Shown: positions 8,036-16,811 of the stretch, one piece after another
Layout of the letters: every line of letters begins with the position of its first letter
Position numbering within the stretch: the first letter of the stretch is position 1
Source: an uncultured Planctomycetia bacterium
Lineage (GTDB): Bacteria; Omnitrophota; Gorgyraeia; 2-02-FULL-51-18
Assembly: GCA_964606485.1 (NCBI GenBank)
Contig: CAZSGP010000001.1
Span: forward strand, 289,085 to 353,084
Length of the DNA: 64,000 nucleotides
Direction of reading: 5' to 3'
Made by a program: the position numbers and the translations under genes
Notes under the pieces: generated by a model
Seen by the model: only the letters and a program-made list of their open reading frames with translations
Database searches by the model: none
Told to the model about the DNA's origin: nothing

Positions 8036-10798
8036 TTGTCTTGTGTTCTTGGAGAGCAAATGAACGATTTTGAAGAAATTAAAAGCCGGGTCGTCCTGGC
8101 GGACCTGATCCATGAAGAAACGGGTCTTGCGCTTAAAAAAGCAGGAAGCAATACCCTTGGTCTTCACGAGTGTCCCTTCTGCGGAGGTCACGACTGCTTC
8201 CGGATTCAGATTAAGAATCAATTTTATAAATGCTTCCAATGTGATGAAGGGGGCGACGTATTCAGTTTTATTAAAAAAAGGCATGAGTTTAATTCACGAT
8301 TTGAAGCTCTTAAATATGTGTCCAAAAAGATCGGCTGTGAACTAAAAAACAAGAAGGAGTGCGAAGGGTATCTGCGGACACAGGAAGCAAAGCGTCATTC
8401 GGCTGAATACTACAGCCATAACTTGCTAGAGCGACTTAAAAGCCGGTCCATCCGCTACGCTGGTGGGCAGGATGACAAGGTGTTCGTCTCCACAGTTCTT
8501 GAGTATCAAACCGTGGTTCGTAAGCATGATCCTTCGGTGTTAAGAAAGCTCAAAATAGGATATGCGGATGGCGGGCTATTCGATTATCTGATCGGCAAGG
8601 GGTTTAAGAAACAAGAAATTCAGAAATCCGGACTTTTGAACTCGGCGGGGAAGGATCTTTTCAAAGATACGTATGTTTATCCGCAGTATGTGGATGGCGA
8701 GATGTCACATTTCACGCAAAAAGACCCGCTTAAAAAGCAGAAACATCAGGTAAAGAAGGAGTATTGGGATAAAAGGTGGTTTGGCTTTAACCAAGATTCG
8801 CTGGATGGGAAGGAAGTTATTCTCTGCGAGGGTGAGAATGACGTCTTGTCAGTTGTTGGTAAGGGGGGAGCCTCGGCGGCCATTGCGTTTATTGGGTCGA
8901 TATCTAATGAGCAACTTGAAGCGCTAGCCCCTCATATAAAAGGAAAGATCGCATATACGTGTTTTGACAGCGACGACACCGGCAAGAAATATGAAAAGTT
9001 AGTTTCAGGACGCTATATCGGGGATGAATATGATATACGGCTTGTGAATTTCGAGGGCGCAAAAGACATCGACGAAATTCTCAAGGCCTCACAAGATCCT
9101 AAAACACTACTTGCTTCCCTAATATCTAATGCAGTCAAACCTCCCGAAATTACATCTCCAATTGAAATCCGGAACGGACGCTATTTCGTCCAAAGACGAA
9201 GGGGCAGTGTCCAAATCACCAATTTCACTATCCGTATAAAAAACCGCATTGTGTCGAATGGCAATTCCGTGCGAGAAGTTGCGTTTGTAGACATTAACGG
9301 CGAGGAGACGCGGCCTTTCATACTCGAACCCGAGCACATGGTCACTCCGTCAAGGTTCAAAGAATTTTGTCTTTCAAAGGGAAACTTTGTTTTTGAGGGG
9401 AACGGAACCGATCTAGCCGAGATTTGGAAATATGAAATGGCCAAAGATAGAGGCCGAAAAATAATTCAGCCAGACCATATCGGCTTCCTGCAGGAGTTTC
9501 AATTATGGCTCTTTGGAAATGCCCTTTTCAAAGATGGAAAAGTAATTACAAGTGACGATGATGGGGTCTTTTGGATTGGTAATACCGGATTTAAACCAGT
9601 CTCACTTTCAATAAAAGATGAGGATCAGGCGGTCTTACCAGAACTACGTATTGAAGAGCCTGAAAAATCAAGAGAGCTTCTGAGGTTCATTGTTCAGAAA
9701 TCAAAGGAAAATATTGGAAATCACAACTCATCGTTAGCGCTTGGATATATCAAGGCGGTGATTTACAGCAGAGAAATCTTTAATCGTTTTAAATTTTTTC
9801 CTTTTCTATTTATCTATGGAAAATTTCAGTGCGGAAAAAATACGTTCGCCAGATTCCTTCTTTGGTTTTTTGGTTTGGGTGATACTGATGGAATCAGCAT
9901 TACGGAAGCAACTCAGACAGGAATTTCAAGGAAATTAGCGTATCTGTCTTGTCTTCTCGTGTGGCTGGATGAATTTCGAAACGAAGTAAAAACTTTCAGA
10001 CTGAGCAGTTTCCTAAGAAGCGTGTATAACAAAATCACTTCAGTGAAAGGTATAAAGAGTGATTTCGGTACTCGAAACGTGCCAGTTCGAGCGGCGCTTC
10101 TTCTCTCAGGGGAGCAGCTTCCGAGTGATCCTGGACTTCGCAGCCGGTGCATTCCTATTATGTTGCGTCGCAATCAGCGCAAGGATTCCGTTCTTCATGA
10201 AATCAACAACGTCGCTTATCGACTAAGCGCCATAACCTCAATGTGGATTCTCGAGAAAACACCTGAAAAGGTGAGCGAGTTCCTCGAGAATATTGAGACC
10301 ATAAAAACGCAACTTCAAGCTGACCATCAATTCGATACCCGTCTTGCCGAAAACTATGCGGTCCCAATTGCCGGATTTCGTTCAATCGCATCCAGCGAGG
10401 AGTTCGATGAGTTTTATGAATGGGTTGTTGAGGCGGCAAAGCACGATAAAGAGGCCAAGGACGAAGACCATGTCCTTCATCAATTCCTTGAGGATATCGA
10501 AGTGCTTATCTGTAACCGGGCTGTTCCATCCGATTATTTCCAGGTAGACGATGCAGCTGGAGAAGTGAAGTTTTATTTCAACGGTCTTTATAACATGTGG
10601 GCCCGAGATTTTCGACAGCGAAAAGGGGAAGAGCCTTTTCCAAAGCGAGCAATTTTGGACCATTTTCGCGAGGAAGACTACTACATCAAATATGATCGGC
10701 CTTATATCAACGGCAGGCAATTCCATGGGCTTGTGCTCGATCTAAAGAAAGCACCCGCAGACCTTGTTTCAGCTATGCGGAACCATCCAAGCCGATGA
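8036..10798 (+). CDS. DnaG-type primase (zinc ribbon plus TOPRIM) fused to a C-terminal P-loop/helicase-like domain (P4-alpha / D5-like replication protein)
   Basis: CHC2 zinc finger CPFCGGHDCFRI...YKCFQCDEGGD. TOPRIM acidic motifs ILCEGENDVLSV and CFDSDDTGKKYE. C-terminal Walker-A-like GKFQCGKNT. Confidence 0.8.
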   Translation: MSCVLGEQMNDFEEIKSRVVLADLIHEETGLALKKAGSNTLGLHECPFCGGHDCFRIQIKNQFYKCFQCDEGGDVFSFIKKRHEFNSRFEALKYVSKKIGCELKNKKECEGYLRTQEAKRHSAEYYSHNLLERLKSRSIRYAGGQDDKVFVSTVLEYQTVVRKHDPSVLRKLKIGYADGGLFDYLIGKGFKKQEIQKSGLLNSAGKDLFKDTYVYPQYVDGEMSHFTQKDPLKKQKHQVKKEYWDKRWFGFNQDSLDGKEVILCEGENDVLSVVGKGGASAAIAFIGSISNEQLEALAPHIKGKIAYTCFDSDDTGKKYEKLVSGRYIGDEYDIRLVNFEGAKDIDEILKASQDPKTLLASLISNAVKPPEITSPIEIRNGRYFVQRRRGSVQITNFTIRIKNRIVSNGNSVREVAFVDINGEETRPFILEPEHMVTPSRFKEFCLSKGNFVFEGNGTDLAEIWKYEMAKDRGRKIIQPDHIGFLQEFQLWLFGNALFKDGKVITSDDDGVFWIGNTGFKPVSLSIKDEDQAVLPELRIEEPEKSRELLRFIVQKSKENIGNHNSSLALGYIKAVIYSREIFNRFKFFPFLFIYGKFQCGKNTFARFLLWFFGLGDTDGISITEATQTGISRKLAYLSCLLVWLDEFRNEVKTFRLSSFLRSVYNKITSVKGIKSDFGTRNVPVRAALLLSGEQLPSDPGLRSRCIPIMLRRNQRKDSVLHEINNVAYRLSAITSMWILEKTPEKVSEFLENIETIKTQLQADHQFDTRLAENYAVPIAGFRSIASSEEFDEFYEWVVEAAKHDKEAKDEDHVLHQFLEDIEVLICNRAVPSDYFQVDDAAGEVKFYFNGLYNMWARDFRQRKGEEPFPKRAILDHFREEDYYIKYDRPYINGRQFHGLVLDLKKAPADLVSAMRNHPSR

Positions 10799-10889
10799 GC
10801 GACGGTCATTTTGTCTTGTTATTTGTCTTATTTAATTACTTGTGGACTAAGAGGTTAGAGCAAACAAGTCAAAAAGACAGGAATTTCTA

Positions 10890-11489
10890 ATGGGTATTCC
10901 AATATTAAAAGGCAAGGGGGATTTGGAGGGCTTAGGCAGCCAGCCCGTGGCAAATCCCATCGACCAAGACAACGCCCTTAAGGTGATGGAAAAAGACTAT
11001 CGAGAAGCTGCCCTGCGCCTTGCCGCAGCACATAAGAGCCTTCCCGCATCTGTTCGGCCCTGGTTCATATATGAAGCACAGAAATTTGATGCGAGTATCC
11101 ATGCGGCATTGACCACAAAAAATAATGACAAACTTCAAGATGTTTTGGTGGGTTTCGAAGCGCTAATCGCAGAAGTTGTGCCGCTATCCGTGAGCGGTTG
11201 GAACGAAGATCGCGAGTGGATCTTTCCATTTTGGAGTGATCGATTCAATTGTGAGGTCTGGTTTGTTTATTCAGAAAAGGAAGCAGGTTTTTTAATGCAG
11301 AAAGGTGTCTCAAGAGGGTTTATTTTTACCGAAGACGAAATCAAAAAATTATCAAAACTCAATCAATCCAGTTTCGAGTCCATTGATCTGATCAAAAAAA
11401 CTTTTAATGCCACTTTGATTGGTATTAAAGATGACCGGTCAGAATCAACGCAAGTAGAGCCACCACCTGAAAGGGCTGGCCCGAACTAA
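10890..11489 (+). CDS. Hypothetical protein
   Basis: 199-aa ORF inside the replication module. No motif. Confidence 0.45.
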   Translation: MGIPILKGKGDLEGLGSQPVANPIDQDNALKVMEKDYREAALRLAAAHKSLPASVRPWFIYEAQKFDASIHAALTTKNNDKLQDVLVGFEALIAEVVPLSVSGWNEDREWIFPFWSDRFNCEVWFVYSEKEAGFLMQKGVSRGFIFTEDEIKKLSKLNQSSFESIDLIKKTFNATLIGIKDDRSESTQVEPPPERAGPN

Positions 11490-11574
11490 TTAAAGGTGAC
11501 GAAAGCGTATTGAAAGGGAAAAAAGGAAGTAAATGGTTACTACTGTTAAATCAGAAAATCGAAGGAGATAAGAC

Positions 11575-12060
11575 ATGGGTAGATTTATTGGGAAAAAAGC
11601 AAAGTTGGTTGAGATTAAGGTTCCAACTGGGAAGAAAATCAAAGGGATAGTCACGGAAATCAAGGCCTCTGACCTGTATCCAAATTCGCTCAACATAAAA
11701 ATTGAGTGTCCGGAGCATACGGCCTGGTCGGAAGACGGACAGAAGCAATTTGTAAAAATTGCTTACTTCAGTTTTCCGATGGATTGGTCTCCAAAAAATA
11801 AAGCGGGTAAGTTTTACCTGGCCCTAACCGGCAAATTACCAACCGGTGAAGTTGACTGGGATGAACTCCTTCTGAACCGCGAGGTTGGTGTCATCTTCAA
11901 CGACGAGTTAGATCCTAGTACAGGTGAATTCAAGGGCCAACGTGTGATATGGATCGGTAGTATGGATGGAGGCCTCAAAGCACCTGAACAAAAGGCCAAA
12001 TCACCTACTAATCCACCAAAGAAAGATGAGTCAACGTTAAGTGATGAAACACCGTTCTAA
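11575..12060 (+). CDS. Hypothetical protein, possibly SSB-like
   Basis: 161 aa. The acidic C-terminal tip ...STLSDETPF recalls the SSB tail DDDIPF. It sits between the primase and helicase genes. GGAG ribosome-binding site. Confidence 0.45.
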   Translation: MGRFIGKKAKLVEIKVPTGKKIKGIVTEIKASDLYPNSLNIKIECPEHTAWSEDGQKQFVKIAYFSFPMDWSPKNKAGKFYLALTGKLPTGEVDWDELLLNREVGVIFNDELDPSTGEFKGQRVIWIGSMDGGLKAPEQKAKSPTNPPKKDESTLSDETPF

Positions 12061-12073
12061 GCATGTTCTGTTT

Positions 12074-12129
12074 AAACTCGGGCTGTTGTTACATGCTATT
12101 GAGCCCGCAATGACAGTCCGAGTTTTTTT
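12074..12129 (+). terminator. Rho-independent terminator with an unusually large loop
   Basis: A 12-bp stem AAACTCGGGCTG / CAGTCCGAGTTT (one G-U) encloses a 28-nt loop and is followed by T7. Confidence 0.5.
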
Positions 12130-12144
12130 AACTTTCAATAGGAG

Positions 12145-13479
12145 ATGATTGTTATGCCAGAAATTTCGATCGCTGCCTTGTCACTTCCGCCAGATTTTGA
12201 AGAGAGTCAAGAATTTCGGCAGGGCTACGAAATTGTCGAGAAAACCTCAAGGTCTCTATATATATCGGGTGTTCCGGGTGCTGGTAAGTCAACCTGGCTT
12301 ACATCGTTTCGGAAGAATACTAAAAAGAACCTTGTCGTTCTGACGCCAACGGGCATTGCAGCGGTCAATGTTCAAGGGCAAACCATCCACAGTTTTTTTA
12401 AGTTCCCTCATTCTTTAATCCAAAAAGAAGATATCCGACGTCATCCAACAAATGGACTTTTCAAGAAGCTCGATCTTCTGACCATAGACGAGGTCTCTAT
12501 GGTCAGGCCAGATTTGTTGGACGCAGTCGATTACTCACTCCGGCTTAACCGGAATTGTTTTAATCTCCCGTTCGGAGGTGTGCAGATTCTTTTAATCGGC
12601 GACCTCTATCAGCTTCCGCCTGTGCTGGACAAGGAGCTGGCCAAACATTATGCAGAGTTATATGAAACCCGTTACTTTTTCAGTGCAAAGGTGTTTGAGG
12701 AAGCCAAATTTCACTCATTTACGCTGACAAAAAATTTCAGGCAGAAGGACGAGAAGTTTATGTCCCTGCTCAACAGGATCAGAAACAACAACGTTAGCGA
12801 CGATGATCTGAGGTTACTGAATACACGGGTCGACCCCGAACTTGCTGAAGTGTGGAGGGACAGCATTAGGCTCGTGCCCACAAACGCCGCCGCAGACGCT
12901 GTAAACCATTCGCGCTTGTCAAAACTACCGGGCGAAGAATTTCTTTATCAAGCAACGATTAAGGGTGAATATGACCGCCGGTCATATCCTGCTGACGAAA
13001 ATCTAATACTCAAAGTCGGAGCCCAAGTTTTGATGATCAAGAATGACCCCGGAGGGAGATGGGTAAATGGGAGTATCGGGCGGGTTGTTGAATTGACACC
13101 CGACGGAATCAAGGCACAGATTGATCATGGAATATATGACGTACATCCCGTGAAATGGGACAAGATTGTATATGAGCATGGCGGTTCGTCAGGAGGCATT
13201 ACTCCCGAAGTAGTTGGTACATTTGAACAGTTTCCGGTCAAACTCGCCTGGTCGATTACGGTTCACAAAAGTCAGGGCCTTACTCTTGATAAAGTTATCG
13301 TGGATTTAGACCGTGGGGCTTTTGATCACGGGCAAACTTATGTTGCCCTTTCTCGATGCAGGACGCTTGAAGGACTAGTCCTGAAGCGTCCTGTTAAGCG
13401 CAGCGACATCATTTTTGATAGACGTATTGACCGAATTTCAGGACTGTTCATTCCGAGTGAAATAAGAAAGTTTCAATGA
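12145..13479 (+). CDS. PIF1/RecD-family ATP-dependent DNA helicase
   Basis: Walker A GVPGAGKST. Motif II LTIDEVSMV. C-terminal UvrD_C_2-like region TVHKSQGLTLDKV. Confidence 0.85.
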   Translation: MIVMPEISIAALSLPPDFEESQEFRQGYEIVEKTSRSLYISGVPGAGKSTWLTSFRKNTKKNLVVLTPTGIAAVNVQGQTIHSFFKFPHSLIQKEDIRRHPTNGLFKKLDLLTIDEVSMVRPDLLDAVDYSLRLNRNCFNLPFGGVQILLIGDLYQLPPVLDKELAKHYAELYETRYFFSAKVFEEAKFHSFTLTKNFRQKDEKFMSLLNRIRNNNVSDDDLRLLNTRVDPELAEVWRDSIRLVPTNAAADAVNHSRLSKLPGEEFLYQATIKGEYDRRSYPADENLILKVGAQVLMIKNDPGGRWVNGSIGRVVELTPDGIKAQIDHGIYDVHPVKWDKIVYEHGGSSGGITPEVVGTFEQFPVKLAWSITVHKSQGLTLDKVIVDLDRGAFDHGQTYVALSRCRTLEGLVLKRPVKRSDIIFDRRIDRISGLFIPSEIRKFQ

Positions 13480-13506
13480 GCAGGTTAATATAAAGGAGGG
13501 TATGGA

Positions 13507-14217
13507 ATGAAAGTCTTTATTTTGGATGATAAGAATTCGTATGTTTATGACGGTAGCCGCAACAGACAATTTATTGAATTGGCACCATGCTCAGATTGCA
13601 AAACTTTTCTCTGGAGCGATGATGAGCGCACATTGATTCAGGACGCTGTTCAATTTGTATGGGAACTATCAGATTTTGAACTTGATGTATGGCATGCTCT
13701 GTCAGCTACATACTGCTCAAAAGATGCTAATGATGCTATACGCTTAGGCAACCTGCTCAATCCGCTTCGCGATTTATTCGAATACGACAGTGAGGAAATA
13801 GGGTCGCTTCGCGATGTATTGCAACTTGCTGCATTTGCTGGACCCATAAGCATCAACATTGAAAAAGCTAAAATAGTTTATAAAAAAATTCGAAAATTTG
13901 TTGTGCACATCCACAACAAGCACCGAGATGAGAAGGGTAAAGTCCTGGCCCCATCAGACTGGTTTAATAATGGTTCACTTGACTGGATTGATCTTGATAG
14001 ACTGCTAAGTTTTTTGCCTGGAGTCCGGGGGAAGTCCGAATCGGAAATTGCGGCGTACTTGAAAGAAGAATGGGAGAAGCTTGATAGATGCAAGAAGTGC
14101 AACCAAATTCTTGCAATTGGTCAAGACGAAGGGAAGTTAAATGGTATCTGCTACAAATGCGAACCTCAGCAGATCTTTGAAAACAGCACGGATGGAAAAC
14201 AGGTACCTAGCCAATGA
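13507..14217 (+). CDS. Hypothetical protein with a C-terminal zinc ribbon
   Basis: CKKCNQ...CYKCEP Cys4 motif. No other recognisable domain. Confidence 0.45.
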   Translation: MKVFILDDKNSYVYDGSRNRQFIELAPCSDCKTFLWSDDERTLIQDAVQFVWELSDFELDVWHALSATYCSKDANDAIRLGNLLNPLRDLFEYDSEEIGSLRDVLQLAAFAGPISINIEKAKIVYKKIRKFVVHIHNKHRDEKGKVLAPSDWFNNGSLDWIDLDRLLSFLPGVRGKSESEIAAYLKEEWEKLDRCKKCNQILAIGQDEGKLNGICYKCEPQQIFENSTDGKQVPSQ

Positions 14218-14250
14218 ACTTTTTCAGCGCTTATTATAATCAAAAGAATC

Positions 14251-14502
14251 ATGATGAAATCAGTGACCCATGCGAGTATATTAACGGAGAGAATGCTAAA
14301 CAACCCACTGACAACATACGAAGCGGCAAAGCGCGCAGGTTTCGCAGTTCCTTATATTCGCCAGCTATTGGCGAAAGGCAAACTGAAGGGTCGGTATGCA
14401 AAGATCAACGACTCGAAAGCTATCTGGCTTATCGACAGCGCTTCTTTGAAGAAATATCTCTCTTCTTCTCGCCAACGTGGTCCCAAACCAAAGAAAAAAT
14501 AG
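14251..14502 (+). CDS. Small HTH DNA-binding protein, excisionase/RDF-like (recombination directionality factor)
   Basis: 83 aa. Its short HTH (TTYEAAKRAGFAVPYIRQLL) and basic C-terminal tail resemble excisionase/AlpA-type proteins, and it lies just upstream of the recombinase genes. Preferred over the overlapping 14214..14621 ORF. Confidence 0.55.
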   Translation: MMKSVTHASILTERMLNNPLTTYEAAKRAGFAVPYIRQLLAKGKLKGRYAKINDSKAIWLIDSASLKKYLSSSRQRGPKPKKK

Positions 14503-14775
14503 CCACTAGCTGTATCAAGCTCGTCCACGGCATACGCCTTGTATTAAATTCCTACTTCGTATATAATATAATCCAAAAGAATAGTGCCCATTGTTGCGAG
14601 GATGCCAATGGTTACGCTTGAAATATCTGTTGTCGAAACCATTCTCATAAGCGAGCCGGATGATTTTCAAATCTTAGTTTGGTGTCTCGCTGACCTAAAC
14701 TCATTTTTTTCGGTAATAGCAGCTTTATCAAATGGGGTTATTCAATACGCAGAAGAACAGGGGATTCTTAGCTAA

Positions 14776-15171
14776 ATGGGAGGGTTCAAGATGTCAGAAA
14801 ATAAAAGAATAGTGGCGTGTTATGCGAGGGTTGGTAGAAATTCAATAGAGCAAAGCGGTCACTTTAAAGAAGGTGAAGCGCTGCTTAATCAAATCGAGAA
14901 ATGTAGTTCATTTATTGCTCAAAACAGAACATGGCAAGCTGGGCCAATTTATATGGATATAGCTAGCACAGGCGATTTAGAGAGATCCGGGTATCAGCAG
15001 ATGTTGAAAGACGCGTGGAGTGGAAAATTTCATGTATTGGTTGTTACCGACTTCGATCGCCTTACGAGAAACCTCAGTGAAGGGATGCGTATGGTTCGAG
15101 CTTTTACTAAAGGCCTTGGGATAAAGATTTCGTTCGTTGCTCGGTCTCAAAGGAAGAAGAACAGATGTTAG
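14776..15171 (+). CDS. Resolvase/invertase N-terminal-domain paralogue lacking the nucleophile serine
   Basis: It aligns to the N-terminus of the downstream LSR (SGKFHVLVVTDFDRLTRN versus AGKFQVLVIWKIDRFMRN). The catalytic motif YxRVSTxxQ is replaced by YARVGRNSIEQ, with Ser changed to Gly. It overlaps the LSR start by 7 nt. Confidence 0.6.
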   Translation: MGGFKMSENKRIVACYARVGRNSIEQSGHFKEGEALLNQIEKCSSFIAQNRTWQAGPIYMDIASTGDLERSGYQQMLKDAWSGKFHVLVVTDFDRLTRNLSEGMRMVRAFTKGLGIKISFVARSQRKKNRC

Positions 15172-16811
15172 GAAAAGTAATAAAAAGAATAGCGGCAATA
15201 TATATTCGCGTTTCGACAGAGGACCAAAAGCGAGAAGGTCACTCGCTTGACACTCAACTTGAAGATTGCCAAGGCTTGATACGCCGGGACGAATCGTTAG
15301 TCGAGGGGACAATTTATAAAGAAGTTGAGAGTGGGCATAAGATCGATCGTGAGCAATATCAACAGATGTTGCGAGATGCCCAAGCGGGTAAGTTCCAGGT
15401 GCTAGTGATTTGGAAAATCGACAGATTTATGCGTAATACGCTCGAAGGATTGCGTGCGGTCGAGTTCTTGATGGGGTTGGGAATCGAAATTATGTCTCCA
15501 ACAGAGTATCTAGATTTCGTTTCTGCACGCGGAAAAAGAAATATGCGGGAAGATTTGGTCGGAGCCGAATTTGAACGCGATAGGCTAATTGAGCGTGTTA
15601 TGCCTGGTATGAAAAGGGGTGTCGCGAAGGGACATTGGCAGGGTGCACGTTCTTGTTTTTACGGTTATCGTTATGACAAACGGGATAAACTTCTTATTGA
15701 GGTTCCAGAAGAAATTAAAGTAGTGAAAATTATTTATTCACTTCGTTCTCAAGGCATGGCTATTTACTCGTTATGTATGCGACTTGCAGAAATGGGGATT
15801 CGTAACAGAATGAGGCGGCTTTTTACCACCAGACAAATAGAAATTATTTTGAACCGTGCCATTTATTATGATGGGCATCTACTCTGGAATGGTGTGCGTA
15901 GCGAACAGCCCGTTATGGTCCCTATTCTTGATAAAGATATTTGGGAAAAAGTGCAGGCGGTTAATGCTGACAGAAAACAAGAGACGAAAAATGTTTCGCC
16001 GGGCCGGGCAACTTCAAGTTATGTGCTACAAGGGGTTCTAAAGTGCGCTCTTTGCGGCGGCAATATGGTTGGTCAGCGTCGACACTCCAATCGTCCAAAA
16101 AATATAAAAGTTCCTTGGTATGTTTGCGGCACATATATTCAACGAACTCGCAAGGCATGTCCTGGGCAATGCGTTCGGGCTGATGCTGTTCATGAATTAG
16201 CATTCGATATTCTTAAAAAGATATTACGGAATCCACAGTTGATCGAGTTTACACGAGACAACTTGAAAAAAATGTTTGCGCATAGTTTTCCCCATTTGTC
16301 GCGTCGAGTTAATGATCTGCAAGCCAATTTACAACGATTAAAAAGGGAAGAAGCCAAATGCCGTGATGCATATTACCGCGAGGCACTGACATTGCAGCAA
16401 TTCAAAAATGAAAATTATCGTCTTTTGGAGGAACAGAGAGCTGCCGAAGAAGAATCAAGAGATCTGCAGACGAAGCTAAGTGGAGCGGTTGCCTACGAAG
16501 GAAAGATCGACCAGGTCTTTTCGTTATTGAGCAATTTTGAGCCCGTATGGAAAAAGATGGACCCTGTCCAACAAAGAGTAGTTTACCGGGGGATATTTAA
16601 TACGTTCTTTACAGACAGCAGAAAATACAGCAGGGAGTACAAAGTTAAGGATTTTTCACTTAAGGAACCTTTTAAAAGCTGGTATTATGATCAAGCGTGG
16701 GGAGGACCGATTCTGATCACAGAAGCGGGTGGGGCCCTTTTAATCGATAACCAAATTAAAAACAAAGACTTATGCGAAAAGTTTATATTTGCACCTTCGG
16801 ATGTCAAATGA
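15165..16811 (+). CDS. Large serine recombinase (phage-type integrase)
   Basis: Catalytic motif AAIYIRVSTEDQ. Recombinase domain. Zinc ribbon CALCGGNM...YVCGTY. Coiled-coil region. 548 aa. Its 3' end overlaps the miaB start by 40 nt. Confidence 0.9.
   Translation: MLGKVIKRIAAIYIRVSTEDQKREGHSLDTQLEDCQGLIRRDESLVEGTIYKEVESGHKIDREQYQQMLRDAQAGKFQVLVIWKIDRFMRNTLEGLRAVEFLMGLGIEIMSPTEYLDFVSARGKRNMREDLVGAEFERDRLIERVMPGMKRGVAKGHWQGARSCFYGYRYDKRDKLLIEVPEEIKVVKIIYSLRSQGMAIYSLCMRLAEMGIRNRMRRLFTTRQIEIILNRAIYYDGHLLWNGVRSEQPVMVPILDKDIWEKVQAVNADRKQETKNVSPGRATSSYVLQGVLKCALCGGNMVGQRRHSNRPKNIKVPWYVCGTYIQRTRKACPGQCVRADAVHELAFDILKKILRNPQLIEFTRDNLKKMFAHSFPHLSRRVNDLQANLQRLKREEAKCRDAYYREALTLQQFKNENYRLLEEQRAAEEESRDLQTKLSGAVAYEGKIDQVFSLLSNFEPVWKKMDPVQQRVVYRGIFNTFFTDSRKYSREYKVKDFSLKEPFKSWYYDQAWGGPILITEAGGALLIDNQIKNKDLCEKFIFAPSDVK

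Larger units (their letters stand above)
1..16811. mobile_element. Right arm of an integrated element (prophage- or satellite-like) bounded on the right by the LSR/miaB junction. The left boundary is not in view.
   Basis: Contains an XRE repressor, primase-helicase, PIF1 helicase, excisionase-like gene and LSR. GC is lower by eye than in the housekeeping block. No structural phage genes within the window. Confidence 0.5.

Noticed and set aside
14214-14621. 135-aa ORF overlapping the excisionase-like gene in another frame
   Set aside because: Its composition is poor. The 83-aa HTH ORF in the other frame is compact and has a recognisable fold pattern.
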